Origin: Adineta vaga | Lineage: Eukaryota; Animalia; Rotifera | Assembly: GCA_021613535.1 (NCBI GenBank) | Contig: CP075492.1 | Location: 5,952,001-6,016,000, forward strand | Direction: 5' to 3' | DNA: 64,000 nt | Shown: positions 25,901 through 37,761 of the stretch, piece by piece | Position numbering within the stretch: the stretch's first letter is position 1 | Layout: every line of letters begins with the position of its first letter | Notes under the pieces: model-generated | What the model saw: only the letters and a program-made list of their open reading frames with translations | Databases searched by the model: none | What the model was told of the DNA's origin: nothing | Program-made: the position numbers and the translations under genes

Positions 25901-27894
25901 ACGCATAAAGCACGGTAGTTCAAGAGATCAACGTTGAAGTCAAAGTTCACTCATCATTGTTTTATTTTAGGATTCAACGATTTTTAAATGAGTTAGAAAA
26001 ATCATTGAATACCACAGCTAAAAAAGAACCATTGACTACAACGAATTACTTAGCATGTCAACGTATTCTCATGGAATTTGTTAAAATTTTTGATACTCAT
26101 GGTTATGAAAAGGTAAATTCGTTTTTTTTTCTTACAGAAAACTTTGTATAATTGAGTTACTTTTAAGGATTCTCCATTGGAACAACGTGTTTTCTTCAGT
26201 TTAAATGGTTATTCTACATTGAATCGAATGATTGAATTGAGAGCTGAATGTAATAAACCAGCACTGGCACCTGAAAAGTAACTTTTCTTCTAAGCCTATA
26301 TACTCACTTATTGAATAATTTTAGTTTGATTGCTCTAACTGTCTCAGTCTATCGAGCAGCAACACATAATAATCTTGAAAATGCTGTCTATCTTCTCAAT
26401 AGTGGTAAACTTTTAACACTTGTCGAAAGTCTTGTTCGTCACTTAAATGTAAGTAGATAGAGAATGAATGTAGAACTCGATTCAAAACTGAAGGGAATAT
26501 TTTAGGGTTTGAAAAGTGATGATTTAACTACGAATAATGATCAAAGTGAAAGTGAAAAATTAGCACAGATTGATTTAGTAGCGAATTTAGCTGAAACACT
26601 TACTGGATTATTAACAATGTACAATTCAATAGTAAAAGAAATACAAAATCATGAGAATGAAAACAAAGAAGATAAACTAACAATGAATCGTTTAACTGAT
26701 TTGATCAGTTATATGGCTAATATTGGTGTACTCGATCGAATTGCTTCATTCTTTCGTACTGTTCGTGCAGTTATTAATACAACGAAATCACGTATATCTG
26801 ATATGATTATTCATTGTTTAAATCTTTTACAACAAATGGTTGATTTTTCTAAACCAAAGTAAATTGAATCTTATTTTCGGATACGGAGAAAGAGTTTCTA
26901 TTGTTAACTTTAGATCGTATCTTCCTCCATTTGGTCAATCATCGAAAAAATCCACTAATGATTCTGCACAAGTTTTGAGTATAATGAAATCAACAAATTA
27001 TTGTGAAATACTTTCGTTACTCTATGGTATCCTTATTCATGAAACTGATATCAATAATAATCAAACACTTGCAGAGAATAATCAAAATGCAGTTACATTG
27101 CATGATAAAACAATGACAATTGCTGTTAATTCTATGATATTATTGAATTCAGTTGCTGTGTTAGATCTCGATACATTCCAAGTGAGTAATTCTCATTGAG
27201 AGAGTGAATTTTTCATGATGAAAAATATCATTTTAGACAACTCTCGGCGAAGAGACGATCTCTTTGCAACTTCGACATGTTGCTAATTATATTCTTGCCT
27301 ATTGTCATCATCATCAATCGACAACGAATGATAATCTTCTCCATCAAATTATTCTTCTCATCGGTTATTATTGTGTTTTAAATCAGGATAATCAAGTAGA
27401 TCTCTTTTTTTCTTCTAATCGAGAAGAACCATTTCTTTTGTGCTTTTCTTTTTTAGTGTCGTTTAGCGTTTGGTAATCGACCAACTGTCTTACAACAATT
27501 ATCCTGTTTACCATTTCGTTATTTTGTTGAATCAAAATATATGGATAGACTCTTTCCTACATTAATCGCTTGTTCATATGATTGTGATACAACACGAGCT
27601 ATACTTCAGACAGAAATGTCATTGGAATTGATTGCTAATTTTATCGAAGTAATTCATCTTTTTCTTACGAATCTGATCAAATTAATTTTTTTTTGTTTGA
27701 TATAGTCAAAAGTAGTCAATGAAGATGATAGTAAATTGATTATTATTTCAGCATTTCAGATGCGATTTCCACGTGACGAATGGACAAATGCATTGAAATA
27801 TTATCGACCGACATCGAAAATCTCCATGGAAACGTTGAATGATGAAGAAAAAGAGAATGAATCTCATCAAATTAGTATTGAAATAAAATCTTGA
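22944..27894 (+). CDS. SCAPER: S-phase cyclin A-associated ER protein, multi-exon
   Basis: DIRSRYWIFLFDNLKRSIEQIYQTCESD, LHEKLSSPSR, VDEVRQWKEE coiled coil, C2H2 zinc finger (CTLC...HLRGTRH), LLIGYYCVLNQDNQ, LQQLSCLPFRYF, LFPTLIA. Confidence 0.93.
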
Positions 27895-30116
27895 AAGAAA
27901 AGTTTCCTTATTCAAATCTCATTTATATTTATATTTTCTTGTTCATTTGTGTGTGTCTTTCACGTTCTTTTTCTCGATTGAACATTGAATAAAAACAGCA
28001 TTATTTAATCTATCACGATTTTATACACATACACACACGATATGGATTATTTCAATAAGAATCAATTTCTAAATAATTTTTCGATAATAAAGTATGATAT
28101 TAAAGTAATCATTATGTGAACGTATTCTATTGAGAAAAAATGTAGTTCCTATTCATATTCCTCCAGAGACTCATCTGGAAAGAAAAAAACCACAAGAATT
28201 GTAGTACTAGTGACTTTATTCATCCAGTACCATTAAGAAAGGTGTAGGTAGAGCAACACAAAATGAAACCGAAACAGAGATGTTCTCCTGGAACTATCTA
28301 TTCAGGACGATCTTTAATTCGTGGAAGCCCATCTCACAGAAGGAACAATAAGGGTGCGAGTGAACTGCAGTAGATGTCTTTAAAATCGATCCTACACATG
28401 AACAATCTGCTACTCTCTGTCGTCATTTTTCAACAGTTAATACTGTCAATTAATTTGCCTCAAAGTGCAATATAATTTTCTCGAAAATACCAGAAACCGA
28501 AATGGTACTATAATCACCTTTTATTCCCTTTTCTGAAAGAAAGGGTTATAAGCACGTTAAATATTAAATAGAGCCGTTAAAATGCTTAAAGTTTGTGCGT
28601 TTGTTCAAGCCAATCAGATTGCAGCATTTTATAACTCAATAAAAACTTAACGATGGTCATCCGAAAATGATGGATCAAAGTTAATCGGGGTCGAGGAACT
28701 CAAATTTGAAGTAACTTCTTTTTGATTCACTGTGCTTGAGCGATTTTGTTGTGTTCTGTCTGAAAAAAACACGTTTACGTAACTTTTTGTTTCAAATCTG
28801 AATCAGAGGTAATATATTGGATAATGCTCATGGTTGGAATATTTGTCTTTAGAACTATTTAGTAATTCTGATTTTGACGGTCACGATTGATATTAGTTGT
28901 ATCATGGAAACCATACATCAAAGAATTTGAAGATGCGGTATGAACCTGATATCGGTTTTAATTAAATGTTTTCGTACTATTGACAACTATAAGTCGGATT
29001 TTTCAATAGAATTTTAACAGAAATATTTGAATAAATATGAGGAACCTGATCCCAATCCTACTGCTCAATGTTTGAAAGCCTCAGTCATATAGGTAACAGT
29101 GCAAATATATGAAAAAATATGCTTGATCAATACGATAGATTCTTTGCGACTCATGGAATAGTACCTTCACGTTGGGGTTTTTCCCTGATACCGTATTAAG
29201 ACAAATTTATTGCTTTTTTAGAGAGAAAATGAAAATAGGTTCATTTCTTCGATTGGAAACTAAGTAACAAGTGAACGATATTGTGAAGTGATGTATAAAG
29301 ATGGCTGGCCGTGTGCTGCTGCCAACCGGAGGGAGGTCGACGAACGCTTAGACGTTAGTTTCGCTGTCATGTGGGTAAAATGAGTAAGAATAAAATACTT
29401 TTTCGAGTCGTATTCAAGTAATTTAGTTCATGAACCGAGCAAAACCTTACCTTATCCTAAGCATATTCAGAGGCCTGATCAGACGATGTCCTTAGAGGTT
29501 CATTAGTAATTGCAATGCGTTACTTATTGTTATTATTGAGAAACTGAAAATCACTTGTTGTTAAGCATAAAAGAAAACATTTTGACTATGAATTCTTTGA
29601 AGAAATGTTTTTTGAGTAGAAGTTCTAGCGATGTTTGCATCATGTTGCTTCTCATTCAAAGTATTTGGAAATCTGGAGCTTAATTACAATTCTCTTCGAA
29701 AAGGGCAGCGAATCCCAACAATGAGCACTGTTTATTCCTTAAATACATCATCATTCTTTCTCGTTTCTCCAAAAGCTCTGACAAAACCCAGATACTAAGC
29801 TGTTTATCCTATATCCCGCCATACTCCAGTGGCATAAATATGCGATCATACAATATTCAAAATGAAACCAATTCGATAAAAAAACGGTAATCTCGTTTAT
29901 CTTCACAAGAACGGTGTTACTCAATTGGTTAATTCCTAAATCGAAGCACTAAAAAAACACATCCAACTGAGATTTGATGAATTCCTGCAAATTCAACTTT
30001 TCCATTTTTATTATTCACCTTCAAACCAAAATTTCAAACTACGAGCGTTTCTGCTCATCACAGCAAACAAGTCTTTGGGAGCATATATGATTGTTAAAAC
30101 AATACCGAAGTATACA

Positions 30117-33100
30117 TCAAAACCCAACGCGGACCTAAAACGAAAAATATCATCCCAGAACGATCGATCAAAACTGAACTGCAACTCTCGCAATCACATA
30201 CCTTTTCTATACCAAACACTTCAACCAGATGCTGACAACCCAACCATGATATCTGGTTCATCAACATCCCAAGATGAGTTAGTGTCTACATGATGACAAT
30301 AGAAGAATAGACGACGGAGAATAAAAGAGAATAAGACGCATTCATTCACTCACTTCACTTCCTCCAAGTGCAACTGCAAGATGTTGAGCACCCGCATCGG
30401 TGATCTGGTTAAACGAAAAATCCAGATGACTCAGCGTCTACACGATCAGAAAGAGCGAATGAATGAAGGATTGAAAACGAGAAGTAAACGCATAAGTCCG
30501 CTCACTTTGCTCTCTCGAAGTGCATCTCCCAGATATCGAGCGCCTGCATCTGATATCCGGTTCCCACACAAATACAATTCAGAGAGTGTCTGCATGAGGT
30601 GACCAAGAACGTGAATGAAGGAGAATAAACGAGCACTAAATGCATCTGTTCACTCACTTTACTTCCTCGAAGCGCATCTGCCAAATGCACAACCCCAGCA
30701 TCTGAGATCTGGTTGTACGACAAATTCAACTGAACGAGTGTCTACACAAGGCGACAAAAACTAGATGTGAAGCAGGATGACCGAAGACATGATGGATTAG
30801 CCCACTCACTTTGCTACCTCGAAGTGCATCCGCCAAAACTCGAGCACCTATGTCTGACATATAGTTATACGACAAACTCAATTGAGTGAGCGTCTGCATG
30901 AAGTGCGAAAAAACGTGGATAAAGAAAAAAAAAGGAGAAAACGTTGCATTCTTCTACTAACTTTGCTTCCTTGCAGTGCATCAGCCAGATGTCGAGCACC
31001 TACACATGAGATTTGATTATACGACAAATACACTTGAACGAGTCTCTGCATAAAACGAGGGTGAGTGGATATGAATCAGATCAAAAAGAAACCGGACGCA
31101 TTCTTTCACTCACTGTGCTTCCTCCTACTACAATTGCCAGATGTTGAGCACCTAAATCAGAGATTTTGTTAGAGGACAAATCCATGTGAGTGAGTGTCTG
31201 CATGAGGCAACAAAGAACGTCAATAAAGGAGGATAAAAGAGAAGCAAATGCACTCGCGCACTCACTTTGTTTTCTCGAAGTCCATCTGTAAGATATTGTA
31301 CACCTGCATCTGAGATTTGGTTGCCGGACAAATCCAATACAATGAGTGTCTACATAAGGCGCGAATGAACCGCAAAGAACGTAACGTTACAGAAGCAGCA
31401 GCACTCTTTCACTAACTTCGCTTTCTCGAAGTACACATGCCAGATGTTGAGCACCTGCATATGAGATCTGGTTGCCTGCCAAAAATAATCCTGTGAGTGT
31501 CTGCATTAGGCGAGAAAGAGTACATATGTAGCAGATTCTAACAAAAACCAGATGCACTCGTTCACTCACCTTGCTTCCGCGAAGTGCATCTGCCAGATGT
31601 TGAGCACCTGCATCGGACACCTGGTTACACGACAAACCCAATTGAGTGAGTGTCTGCATGAGGCGAGAGAGAAGGCGAATAAGGTAGAATGAAAAAGAAG
31701 CAGATGTATTAATCTGCTCACTTTGCTCCCTCGAAGTGCATCAGCCAAATGTCGAGCACCTGCATGTGTGATCCGGTTTGATGACATATTCAATTGAGTA
31801 AGTGTCTGCATGAGGTGAGCAACAATATGAATAAAAAAGAATAAAATAAAAGCAGATACATTCGTCTACTCACTTTGTTTCCTCTGAAGGCATCAGCCAG
31901 ATATTGTGTACCTCCATCTGATATCTGGTTGCAGGACAAATCCAATACACTGAGTTTCTACATGAGGCGAGAATGAACCAAAATGCAACGTAAAGAGAAG
32001 AAACAGATCTACACTGTAAGAAATTTACGGAGAATAATAAACACTTTAAAAGCGCTCATTAATTTCATGAACGATTCCATATATCCATTTTTCGTTAGAA
32101 ACCCTTTCATATACCTTTTTCGCCAATCAACCCTCCAGAGAGTATGTTATACGTTGCACTTTCATAAACCCTTGGGGTATATGTCTGGTAATATATCCTT
32201 GACTGGTTGATTAATTTCATAAACCCTACCAAAAAGCGTTTATTAACATACCCTATAACAAAAATAGTAGATTAAAAAACGCTCTATTGAAGGGTTTATG
32301 AAATCAATCAACCGTTAAAGGATATATTACCATACATATACTCCAAGGGTTTATGAAAGAGCCACGTATGACTTACCATTTACAGGGTTACCGAGCTAAA
32401 AGGGTATATGAGAGGGTTCCTAAGAAAAAATGGATATATGTAATCATTTATAAAACTATTCAACGCTTTTAGACGGTTTATTATGCTCCCCAAATTTTAT
32501 AGTGTACTCTTTCACTAACTTTGCTTTCTCGAAGTACACATGCCAGATGTCGAGCACCGGTATCTGTGATCTGGTTGCCTGACAAAAACAATCCTGTGAG
32601 TGTCTGCATGAGCCGAGAAAGAGTGCATATGTAGCAAATTCCAACAGAGACCAAATGCACACTTTCACTCACCTTGCTGCCTTCAAGCGCATCCGCCAGA
32701 TGTTGAGCACCTGCATCGGACACCTGGTTACACGACAAACCTAATTGAGTGAGTGTCTGCATGGGCGCAAGAGAAGGTGAATAAGTTAGAATAAAAAGAA
32801 GCAGATGTATTAATCTACTGACTTTGTTTCCTCGAAGTGCATCAGCCAAATGTCGAGCACCTGCATCCGTGAGCCGGTTCGATGACATGTTCAGTTGAGT
32901 GAGCGTCTGCATGAAATGAGCAAAAATGTGAATAAAGGAGAATAATAGAGAAGCAGATGTATTCGTTCACCCACCTTGCTTCCGCGAAGTGCATCTGCCA
33001 GATGCTGAGCACCTGCATATGAGATCTGGTTACCTGCCAAAAACAATCCTGTGAGTGTCTGCATAAGGCGAGAAAGAGTACATATGTAACAGATTCCAAC

Positions 33101-36100
33101 AAAGACCAAATGCGCTCTTTCACTCACCTTGCTTCCACGAAGTACATCCGCTAGATGTTGTGCACCTGCATCTGAGATCTGGTTGCCGGACAAATCCAAT
33201 CCAATTAGTGTCTACATACGGCGCGAATGAACCGGAAAAAACGTAACGATAAAGAAGCAGCAGCACTGTTTCACTTACTTTGCTTTCGCGAAGTGCATCT
33301 GCCAGATGTTGAGCACCTGCATCGGACACCTGGTTACACGACAAACTCAACTGAGTGAGTGTCTGCATGGGGCGAGAGAGAAGGCGAATAAGGTAGAATA
33401 ATAAAGAAGCCGAGGCATTAATCTTCTAACTTTGCTCCCTCGAAGTGCATCAGCCAAATATCGAGCACCTGCATGTGTGATCCGGTTTGATGACATATTC
33501 AGTTGAGTGAGTGTCTGCATGAGGTGAGCAACAATGTAAATTAAGAAGAATAATAGAAAAGGAGATGCATTCGTTCACTCACTTTGCTTCCGCGAAGTGC
33601 ATCTGCCAGATGTTGTGCACCTGTGTCTGAGATCTGGTTGCCGGACAAATCCAATAGAATGAGTGTCTACAAGAGACGATAATGAACCGGAATGAAACAG
33701 ATAGAGGAAGGAGGAGATACACTCGTTCACCCACCTTGCTTCCGTGAAGTGCATCTGCCAGATGCTGAGCACCTGCATATGAGATCTGGTTGCCTGCCAA
33801 AAACAATCCTGTGAGTGTCTGCATAAGGCGAGAAAGAGTACATATGTAACAGATTCCAACAAAGACCAAATGCGCTCTTTCACTCACCTTGCTTCCACGA
33901 AGTACATCCGCTAGATGTTGCGCACCTGTGTCTGAGATCTGGTTCCCGGACAAAACCAATATAGTGAGTGTCTACATGATGCGAGAATGAACCCGAATGT
34001 AACAGATAGAGAAAGGAGGAGATGCACTGTTTCACTCACTTTACTTTCTTGTAGTGCATCTGCCAGATGTTGAGCACCTGCATATGAGATCTGGTTACCT
34101 GCCAAAAATAATGCTGTGAGTGTCTGCATTAGGCGAGAAAGAGTGCATATGTAGCAGATTCTAACAAAAACCAGATGCACTCGTTCACTCACCTTGCTTC
34201 CGCGAAGTGCATCTGCCAGATGTTGAGCACCTGCATCGGACACCTGGTTACACGACACACCCAATTGAGTGAGTGTCTGCATGGTGCGAGAGAGAAGGTG
34301 AATAAGGTAGTATAAAAAAGAAGCAGATGTATTAATCTACTGACTTTGTTTCCTCGAAGTGCATCAGCCAAATGTCGAGCACCTGCATGTGTGATCCGGT
34401 TCGATGACATATTCAGTTGAGTGAGTGTCTGCATGAGGTGAGCAACAATGTAAATTAAGAAGAATACTAGAAAAAGAGATGCATTCGTTCACTCACTTTG
34501 CTTCCGCGAAGTACATCTGCCAGATGTTGTGCACCTGTGTCTGAGATCTGGTTGCCCGACAAATCCAATATAGTGAGTGTCTACATGAGGTGAGGAAGAA
34601 TGTGAATAAAGAATAATAATAGAGAAGCAGATGTATTCGTTCACACACTTTGCTTCCGCGAAGTGCATCTGCCAAATATCGTGCACCTGTGTCTGAGATC
34701 TGGTTTCCGGACAAATCCAATATAGTGAGTGTCTGTAGGAGGCGAGAATGAACCGGAATGTAACAGATAGAGAAAGGAGGAGCGGCACTCTTTCGCTCAC
34801 TTTACTTTCTTGTAGTGCATCTGCCAGATGTTCAGCACCTGTGTCAGTGACCTGGCTACACGACAACAACAAATGCGTAATTGTCTGCATGAGGCGAAAA
34901 AGGCAACGGATGAATTAGAGGGAAAGAGAAGCAGATGTATTCGTTCACTCACTTTGCTTCCGCGAAGTGCATCTGCCAGATGTTTTGCACCTGCATCGGA
35001 GATTTGGTTGCCGGACAAATTCAATTCAGTGATTGTCTGGAGGAGGCGAAAAGGAAGTAAGGATAGTGAAAGCCGATTAGGTGCATTCCTTCACTCACTT
35101 TACTCCCTCGAAGTGCATCAGCTAGGTGTTGAGCACCTGCATCTGAGATCTTGTTCGCCCACAAATACAATAGAGTGAGAGTCTGCATCAGGCGACAAAG
35201 ATGATAGATGAAGGGCAATAATGGAGATCGTTTAGTCTACTCACTTTGTTTTCGCGAAGTGCATCTGCCAGTTGTTGAGCACCTGCATCTGAGATCTGGT
35301 TCTCCGACAAATCCAACTGAGTGAGAGTCTGCATCAGGAGACAAAGAGGATACATGCAGAGCAATAATGGAGATAGTTTAGTTTAGTTTACTCACTTTGC
35401 TTCCTCGAAGTACATCTGCCAGATGTTGGGCACCTTTCAAACTGATATTGTTGGAGGCAAGTTTAAGCGTAGTGAATTTCTAAGAAAATATAAGAAAGGT
35501 TCGTTAGGGTGTAGGAGACTTTTTGAGAATCCGTTAGAACTACCTGTCTAGTGTGTAATAGATTGGCAAGGCGTACAGCCCCTTCATGTGTTATTTTGTT
35601 GTTAGTGAGATCGATTTCGACTAAATTCTAGTCAATTGAAAGTAGACAGATAAAAGTTTTTAGGATTCTTAGATGTTCATACCTGATTATCGCGCAGAGC
35701 CGTTGCTATGTATGTTACTCCGTCGTCTGTGATGTGATTATCTTGGAGTCTCAAATGAGTGCATTGGGTCTGTAAGAGTTCGGTTTTGATAACAGTTGGT
35801 AGGTCGTCATCAGTTAAGTGCTGTTTGGAAAAGTCGACAATTTTTTGTGAAGAAAGTTGGGGCAATGATGGTAGCAGTGGCACTTCCGGTTCGATTTCCT
35901 TGAGCTGGATGATGTGAAAAGTGGGCCCAGCTTTCAATGAAGATACGACTTCGAAGTATCGACCTGGTAAAAGTAACACTTCGTTTTCGGTTTCATAAAA
36001 GGAATGATAACGAATGTCCTTGCCAGAATAACAATCAATGTGGAGCATCGTTCGTTCGCCGGTATTACCAAGAAATTGTTCGATCACATGAATATGTGTT

Positions 36101-36606
36101 GTGCACGAGTTGAATCCCCACCAAGCAAATTTTTTTCCGATCGGGTACTCCGCACTTAAATCGAGTTTTAATCCACGATAGAGATTTGTTTGTGTGGACG
36201 GTAACTTTGTTAGACCAGTCAATATAAGTTTAAGATATGGAAACCATGGTTCTAGCATCTTTGAAGTGCGTTTTTTATTGCGTAATGTGCCATTAAGCAC
36301 AATATATAGACTGTTCTCAGGAAGGTCCCATTCCATTGAATAGAGAACAATAGCTGCTGATTCATTTTGTGTTAATCCATTGGAGGGATTTGTACAATTT
36401 TGCAAGGCAAGCCAAACATAATGTTGTACTTCCGTCAACAACGATGTCAGGGGAATGACTGCTTCTTTTAATGTTACTGTCGGTACTCTTTCGTATCCGG
36501 ATATTGGAAGTAGCATTCTAAGAGGTTCGTTCACAATATCCAACGATCGTATCCGCGCACTTTCCTTTTTATCAATATCTTTAAGTGACCCAGATTTCGA
36601 AGCCAT
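30117..36606 (-). CDS. ADP-ribosyltransferase (R-S-E class) fused to a ribonuclease-inhibitor-type LRR array; 35 exons, ~1237 aa
   Basis: Exon 1 (35683-36606) has LYRG...WWGFNSCT...ETENEVLL plus the first LRRs. It is followed by 33 stop-free 84-nt exons with GT/AG ends (first 35544-35627, last 30202-30285), consensus TLTxLxLSxNQISDAGAQHLADALRGSK, then terminal exon 30117-30134 (VRVGF*). Confidence 0.88.
30202..35627 (-). repeat. Tandem exon-intron array, ~152-bp period (84-nt LRR exon + 62-69-nt intron), 33 units
   Basis: The plus-strand pattern ctcac-tttgcttcc...gagcacctgcat...gagtgt-ct(g/a)cat recurs at regular spacing, interrupted once by a MITE. Confidence 0.95.
32012..32504. mobile_element. 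Foldback MITE with CACT...AGTG termini and TA target-site duplication (CMC/EnSpm-like), inside an LRR-array intron
   Basis: Left end CACTGTAAGAAATTTACGGAGAATAATAAAC vs right-end reverse complement CACTATAAAATTTGGGGAGCATAATAAACC. Arms stay complementary inward (catatatccattttt..., aaacccttggggtatatg vs catatatactccaagggttt). TA at 32010-11 and 32505-06. Removing it restores a normal-length intron. Confidence 0.88.
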
Positions 36607-37171
36607 TCGTTTAGCTACAATGAATTAACAAACTCTGGATCCAAGTTTTACAAACTAGAATGTTAGCTTTATGAAGGATACAAATCTCAGTAGAAGTTTT
36701 TTCACAAAATTATATCTTGACGAGACTGTTTTTGCTAGTATGTTGGAAAAAATTCTTCTCTTCACACAAATCACCTGTAAGAATAATCGACGAAAAATGT
36801 TTTCAGATCAACATCTACCGATTCTTTATATTCTTCTGCTGTATGTAAAAATAACATTGTTAAAATAATACACACAAATGCATTAACGAAACAGAACAAC
36901 ACTATTTCAGAATTATTTTTAAACCGAAACTCACCTTGTCACAAATAACATTGTCTCTCACTAACGACACTATTTCACAAAGTTTCTAAAATCCGTAAAT
37001 ATAAATATAAAATATCTCTCTTCTAAGAAACTGTACTGTAAATCAAATTTCGATTTAATCTTTAAGATTTCGTAAGCTCATCATTTATCTATTGGCTTGT
37101 ACTGCTTTGGTTTGGCATATCATTTTTGATCATTCGATCATTCGTTATTTCATTCAACGAACGAGAACGAA

Positions 37172-37723
37172 ATGACATCATTTGTTCAGCAACGCCAACT
37201 TTTTCTCCGCCAACTAGTCCAAACATGCCCTACAGCTACAGCAACTCTGAAAACTTATCTTTCAACATATTCAGAATTAGTTTGTCCATCTTACAAAAAA
37301 ACTCGTGATCCTCTAGCAATGAAAGAATTATCAGCGAAATGTCCTTCTTGTTCTCATCCTTACTCGTCAAATTCTTTTCATTATCGTAGCAAACTGCCAA
37401 TCAATCGACGTTTACATTATCTTCTTGCAATTCGTCGTAAATACAAACGACTTCCAACGGCAAACACGTACAAACGTCGTTTATTCGATAATTTCACGAT
37501 GAAATCACGTTCTAAATTATTAATTAAATGTTCAAATTGTTATGAAATTCGAACATTTCAAGGTGCAACTAGAAAAGACATTCCAATTCAAACTGAACCA
37601 TCTAGATCAAAACCACCACCACCACCTACAAATAATCTGAAGTTAAAACAAACTTTTGAAAAAGTTTCTTGTCGTTTTTTAAAAAAAGAAAGCAATCTTC
37701 GAGCATTTCTCGAACAACTTTAA
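37172..37723 (+). CDS. Rpp21/Rpr2/Snm1-type zinc-ribbon protein, most like C18orf21 (RNase MRP/P subunit)
   Basis: CPSC ... KSRSKLLIKCSNCYEIRTFQG with a long basic insert between the CxxC pairs; C-terminal LRAFLEQL. Confidence 0.65.
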   Translation: MTSFVQQRQLFLRQLVQTCPTATATLKTYLSTYSELVCPSYKKTRDPLAMKELSAKCPSCSHPYSSNSFHYRSKLPINRRLHYLLAIRRKYKRLPTANTYKRRLFDNFTMKSRSKLLIKCSNCYEIRTFQGATRKDIPIQTEPSRSKPPPPPTNNLKLKQTFEKVSCRFLKKESNLRAFLEQL

Positions 37724-37761
37724 TACTACAAGAAAAAAACATCTTCTCTATTTCAGATTTC

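Noticed and set aside
30381-35218. The many short overlapping ORFs in the array as separate genes
   Set aside because: They are exon-plus-intron read-throughs, alternative frames or antisense shadows of the single spliced gene.
30202-35627. CRISPR-like or satellite reading of the regular ~152-bp repeat
   Set aside because: The conserved parts are in-frame LRR exons with GT-AG ends and the 'spacers' are related introns. No cas genes; eukaryotic context.
28100-37000. Diversity-generating retroelement or recombinase-driven cassette system
   Set aside because: No reverse transcriptase, recombinase or transposase ORF in the window, and no separate template or pseudo-cassette pool. All cassettes are intact exons of one gene.
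37669-37761. N-terminal extension of XPA overlapping the upstream gene
   Set aside because: Depends on a TTG start. XPA similarity starts at the ATG at 37762, just after a splice acceptor.
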